DNA of 64,000 bases from Bacteroidota bacterium. GTDB lineage: Bacteria > Bacteroidota > Bacteroidia > 2-12-FULL-35-15. The notes below the pieces were generated by a model. The model ran no database searches and was not told the origin of the DNA. It worked only from the letters and a program-made list of their open reading frames with translations. Within the stretch, counting starts at the first letter, position 1. The number at the start of each line of letters is the position of its first letter. A program made the translations under genes and the position numbers. The DNA lies in assembly GCA_040387415.1 (NCBI GenBank), contig JAZKDU010000011.1, forward strand, positions 27,499 through 91,498. The letters run 5' to 3'. Below are positions 61,934-64,000 of the stretch, piece after piece.

Positions 61934-64000
61934 TTACCTGTCAGACTTTATTCCTAAGCTTTCTTCCAGTTTTTTTAAACGATCGTTGTACTCTTGTTTT
62001 ATAGTACTGTTTTGTGTATTTAATTCATTAATTTTAAGTTTCAACTCTTCTATCATTTGCTGCTGCTCCTGCACCGCTTTTACAAGAGGAACAACAAATT
62101 CTGAATACCGTAAACCATACAAGCCATTTTCTGATTTTGGTTTATCTACTCCGCTGAAATTGTAACCAATTTGTTTTGCAGTTTGTTCCACTTCCTGTGC
62201 AATAAATCCGGTCATCGTAATCTTTTCAATGTCATATTTGCCTTCCCAGTCTTTGTCATCTTTAATGCCAAGTATTTCGTTTTCACGATGAATATTGAAG
62301 CGATAGGTAACAGGACGTAGTTTTGTTATGAAGATCAGTCCTGGAACATTTTCATTAATGTCGTCTTTGATGCGTTTGTCGCTAAGTCCCGTCAATCCAA
62401 CCTGACAGCGGAGTGTGCCTATACTGGAATTTCCAAGCACAATATCATTGCTTGCAATTACTGTGGCATTATACCCTATTGCTGTGGAGTTTCCATAAAC
62501 AGTGCCAGCATTAAAAGCATTATAACCCAATGCAGTGTTGTAGGATCCGGTAGTATTGTTAAACAGCGCAGTATTTCCGATTGCAGTGTTGTAACTTCCG
62601 GTAGTATTGTAATATAGGGAATTAACACCATCGGCAGTACTGAAACTTCCCGAAGTATTTGCCCTAAGAGTATTTACTCCAGTTGCAGTATTTTGATTTC
62701 CGGAAATATTTAATAACAATGCTGCATTTCCATTAGCTGTATTATAGTCACCAATTGTGTTGTTGGTAAGGGTATTCGCTCCATCAGCTGTATTGTAATT
62801 CCCTGTGGTATTAGCGTAAAGTGCAGCGGAACCGTTAGCATTGTTTTGAAATCCGGTTGTATTGGAAGTGAGTGCGCTGGTTCCGCTTGCGGTATTTTGT
62901 TGGCCCGAGGTATTAGAATGCAAGGTGTGATACCCAAGTGCCGTATTGAAAGTCCCTGTATTGGCTGCAGCTGTTACTGACCCTTGTAACGCTTCATAAC
63001 CCACGGCAACATTGTAATTTGTAAATGGTGTGGCAGTGCTATTCGAATACCTCATGGCGTTAGTTCCGATTGCCGTTGCATTAATACCCGAAGAATTTGA
63101 AGCAAGCGCATTTGCTCCAATAGCGGTATTATTACTTCCATCCGAATTTGAATAAAGTGCTGAAATACCGAATGCCGTATTCGATGATCCTGAAGAGTTT
63201 GTAGTAAGCGCATTACTTCCTGCAGCAGTATTATAATTACCGGAGCTATTTGAAGTAAGTGCAGACCAGCCGTTTGCAGTATTGTTATTTCCGAATGCGT
63301 TAGAATAAAGAGCTCTATATCCACTAGCGGTGTTAAGCCCACCTGTGGAATTCGCCCATAGAGTCTGGTAACCGAGGGCTGTATTCTCATTTCCTGTATT
63401 GCTGAAAGCCCCCCCTGATCCTCTTAATGCTTCGTATCCAACTGCTACGTTGGAATTGGTAAACGGAGTAGATGAATTGTAAGTGTATAACATGGCATAC
63501 ATACCAATTGCAGTGGCATTGTTACCTGCAACATTAGAATAAAGTGCATAAGCGCCATTAGCCGTATTGTTACTACCAGTTGTATTGTATCGCAGGGCTT
63601 CGCGTCCTGTTGCTGTGTTATCATTACTGGTTGTATTATCAGCAAGAGCAAAGTAGCCGTTTGCGGTATTGGCAGAGCCAGTTGTATTTACAAAAAGTGC
63701 TTTACTACCTGTCGCTGTATTATTTTCCCCGGAGGTATTGGCTGTAAGTGCTGACCATCCGCTTCCTGTATTGTTATTTCCGGTTGTGTTAGCATTAAGT
63801 ACAGAAAATCCGCTCGCGGAGTTATTGTAACCGGTTGAATTCGCCCAAATAGTTTGATAACCAAGAGCAGTATTTGCATTGCCGGTTGACCCACCTAAGG
63901 CTCCTTTTAATGCTTCAAACCCTAAAGCTACATTGTAGTTTGTAAACGGAGTGCTTGTACTGTTGGTATTCATCATCGCATTAATACCAATGGCAGTAGC
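61934..64000 (-). CDS. Fibre-like protein 7, partial (start beyond the window): 17-aa repeat stalk and peptidase S74 chaperone
   Basis: Frame open to 64000 (ATAIGINAM precedes the track Met); SDKRIK..I...[13 protein letters not shown]. Confidence 0.88.
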   Translation of the reverse strand, partial: ATAIGINAMMNTNSTSTPFTNYNVALGFEALKGALGGSTGNANTALGYQTIWANSTGYNNSASGFSVLNANTTGNNNTGSGWSALTANTSGENNTATGSKALFVNTTGSANTANGYFALADNTTSNDNTATGREALRYNTTGSNNTANGAYALYSNVAGNNATAIGMYAMLYTYNSSTPFTNSNVAVGYEALRGSGGAFSNTGNENTALGYQTLWANSTGGLNTASGYRALYSNAFGNNNTANGWSALTSNSSGNYNTAAGSNALTTNSSGSSNTAFGISALYSNSDGSNNTAIGANALASNSSGINATAIGTNAMRYSNSTATPFTNYNVAVGYEALQGSVTAAANTGTFNTALGYHTLHSNTSGQQNTASGTSALTSNTTGFQNNANGSAALYANTTGNYNTADGANTLTNNTIGDYNTANGNAALLLNISGNQNTATGVNTLRANTSGSFSTADGVNSLYYNTTGSYNTAIGNTALFNNTTGSYNTALGYNAFNAGTVYGNSTAIGYNATVIASNDIVLGNSSIGTLRCQVGLTGLSDKRIKDDINENVPGLIFITKLRPVTYRFNIHRENEILGIKDDKDWEGKYDIEKITMTGFIAQEVEQTAKQIGYNFSGVDKPKSENGLYGLRYSEFVVPLVKAVQEQQQMIEELKLKINELNTQNSTIKQEYNDRLKKLEESLGIKSDR

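Noticed and set aside
44593-64000. Prophage or tailocin suggested by tail-fibre/S74 domains
   Set aside because: No capsid, terminase, portal, sheath, baseplate, lysis or integrase genes in the window, and all complete fibres carry Sec signal peptides; the region beyond 64000 is unseen
45952-64000. Diversity-generating retroelement acting on fibre tips
   Set aside because: No reverse transcriptase and no near-identical template/variable repeat pair with adenine-specific mismatches; paralogs differ at synonymous sites
1-64000. CRISPR array, tRNA or rRNA genes
   Set aside because: No repeat-spacer periodicity or recognisable cloverleaf/rRNA motifs; the periodic DNA found is coding repeats or heptamer tracts

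Overview
AT-rich chromosomal segment of a Bacteroidota (Bacteroidia-like) bacterium, judged from T9SS type A and type B C-terminal sorting domains, TAnnTTTG -7 promoter boxes and Gln-starting mature secreted proteins. 1-27.5 kb is mostly housekeeping: valS, two DUF1573 proteins, an aminotransferase, M23-LysM peptidase, Nudix hydrolase, DUF2779, a 2-oxoacid dehydrogenase E2, rnpB, Smr protein, comEC, plsY, a 1495-aa unknown, prmA, tpiA, ABC permease, DoxX, DUF1599 and folP. An orphan SUKH-type immunity gene and an unannotated tandem pair of small proteins sit among them. 27.5-41.2 kb holds a TPR-histidine kinase/LytTR pair, three 21-bp-phased LytTR-type boxes upstream of a T9SS LRR protein, a T9SS papain-like protease, a T9SS adhesin, and a ~2.2 kb islet with integron-cassette-like ends (2TM protein + small alpha/beta protein + YodC-like; RES-domain protein). 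44.6-64 kb is the most striking part: an array of at least seven paralogous Sec-exported, trimeric-fibre-like proteins (shared N-module, Pro-poor Gly-X-Thr collagen, variable stalk, variable tip; three with intact peptidase S74 chaperones). They have no visible outer-membrane secretion signal or anchor and are interleaved with two paralogous T9SS type-B CTD proteins and one thiol-oxidoreductase-fold gene. No prophage core genes, integrase, reverse transcriptase, CRISPR array, tRNA or rRNA were recognised. All family assignments are from motif recognition by eye; no database searches were run.
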